Source: Polymyxa betae A26-41
Lineage: Eukaryota > Protista > Endomyxa: Phytomyxea
Length of the DNA: 64,000 nucleotides
Reading direction: 5' to 3'
Assembly (NCBI GenBank): GCA_003693705.1
Contig: RBZT01000680.1
Coordinates: forward strand, 1 to 64,000
Part shown: one piece after another, positions 63,811 through 64,000 of the stretch
Numbering within the stretch: position 1 is the stretch's first letter
How the letters are laid out: each line of letters begins with the position of its first letter
Translations under genes and position numbers: made by a program
The notes under the pieces: generated by a model
The model's input: the letters and a program-made list of their open reading frames with translations, nothing else
The model's database searches: none
What the model was told of the DNA's origin: nothing

Positions 63811-64000
63811 ATCCCAGAGAAGACATCGGTTTTTGCGAGCGATCAATTCGCCCGCTTTTGTCTTCAGTCTTATGTCCGCTGTAACAGCATCCGTGGACTC
63901 GATTTCGGTTTCGTTATCACCGAGTCTGAGCTTGACTGGTGGGTCCAACTTTTCTTTTAATTCGCCTTCTTCACTGCTTCTTGAGCGATCGTTCTGGGTA
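63811..64000 (-). pseudogene. Gypsy protease region, continuing beyond the window
   Basis: PPVKLRLGD..LKTKAGELIAR..CLLWD; contiguous with 54028 across the MULE. Confidence 0.75.

Overview
Eukaryotic, gene-poor 'transposon graveyard'. I found no convincing host gene, rRNA, tRNA or CRISPR array. Almost all 64 kb is nested, mostly decayed mobile DNA: Ty3/Gypsy chromovirus-type and Ty1/Copia remnants, an Ngaro-type tyrosine-recombinase retrotransposon with split direct repeats, a Crypton-like recombinase, and pogo/Tigger, hAT, PIF/Harbinger/Pong and MULE DNA transposons. A GT-AG intron in the MULE transposase supports a eukaryotic source. The TE families look oomycete/protist/fungal-like, but the host cannot be named from sequence alone. 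The standout is two highly diverged, fully delimited piggyBac-like elements: A, 7364-18046 (about 3.6 kb once two nested insertions are removed, TSD CTAA), and B, 45085-48952 (TSD ATAT). In each, a single transposase carries a complete YqaJ/lambda-exonuclease-like PD-(D/E)XK nuclease between the second and third catalytic Asp of the DDD core. Element A also has a SAP-like motif inside the nuclease. Boundaries were set from TIRs, TSDs and in-frame restoration of interrupted host ORFs. Domain calls come from motif recognition by eye, not database searches.
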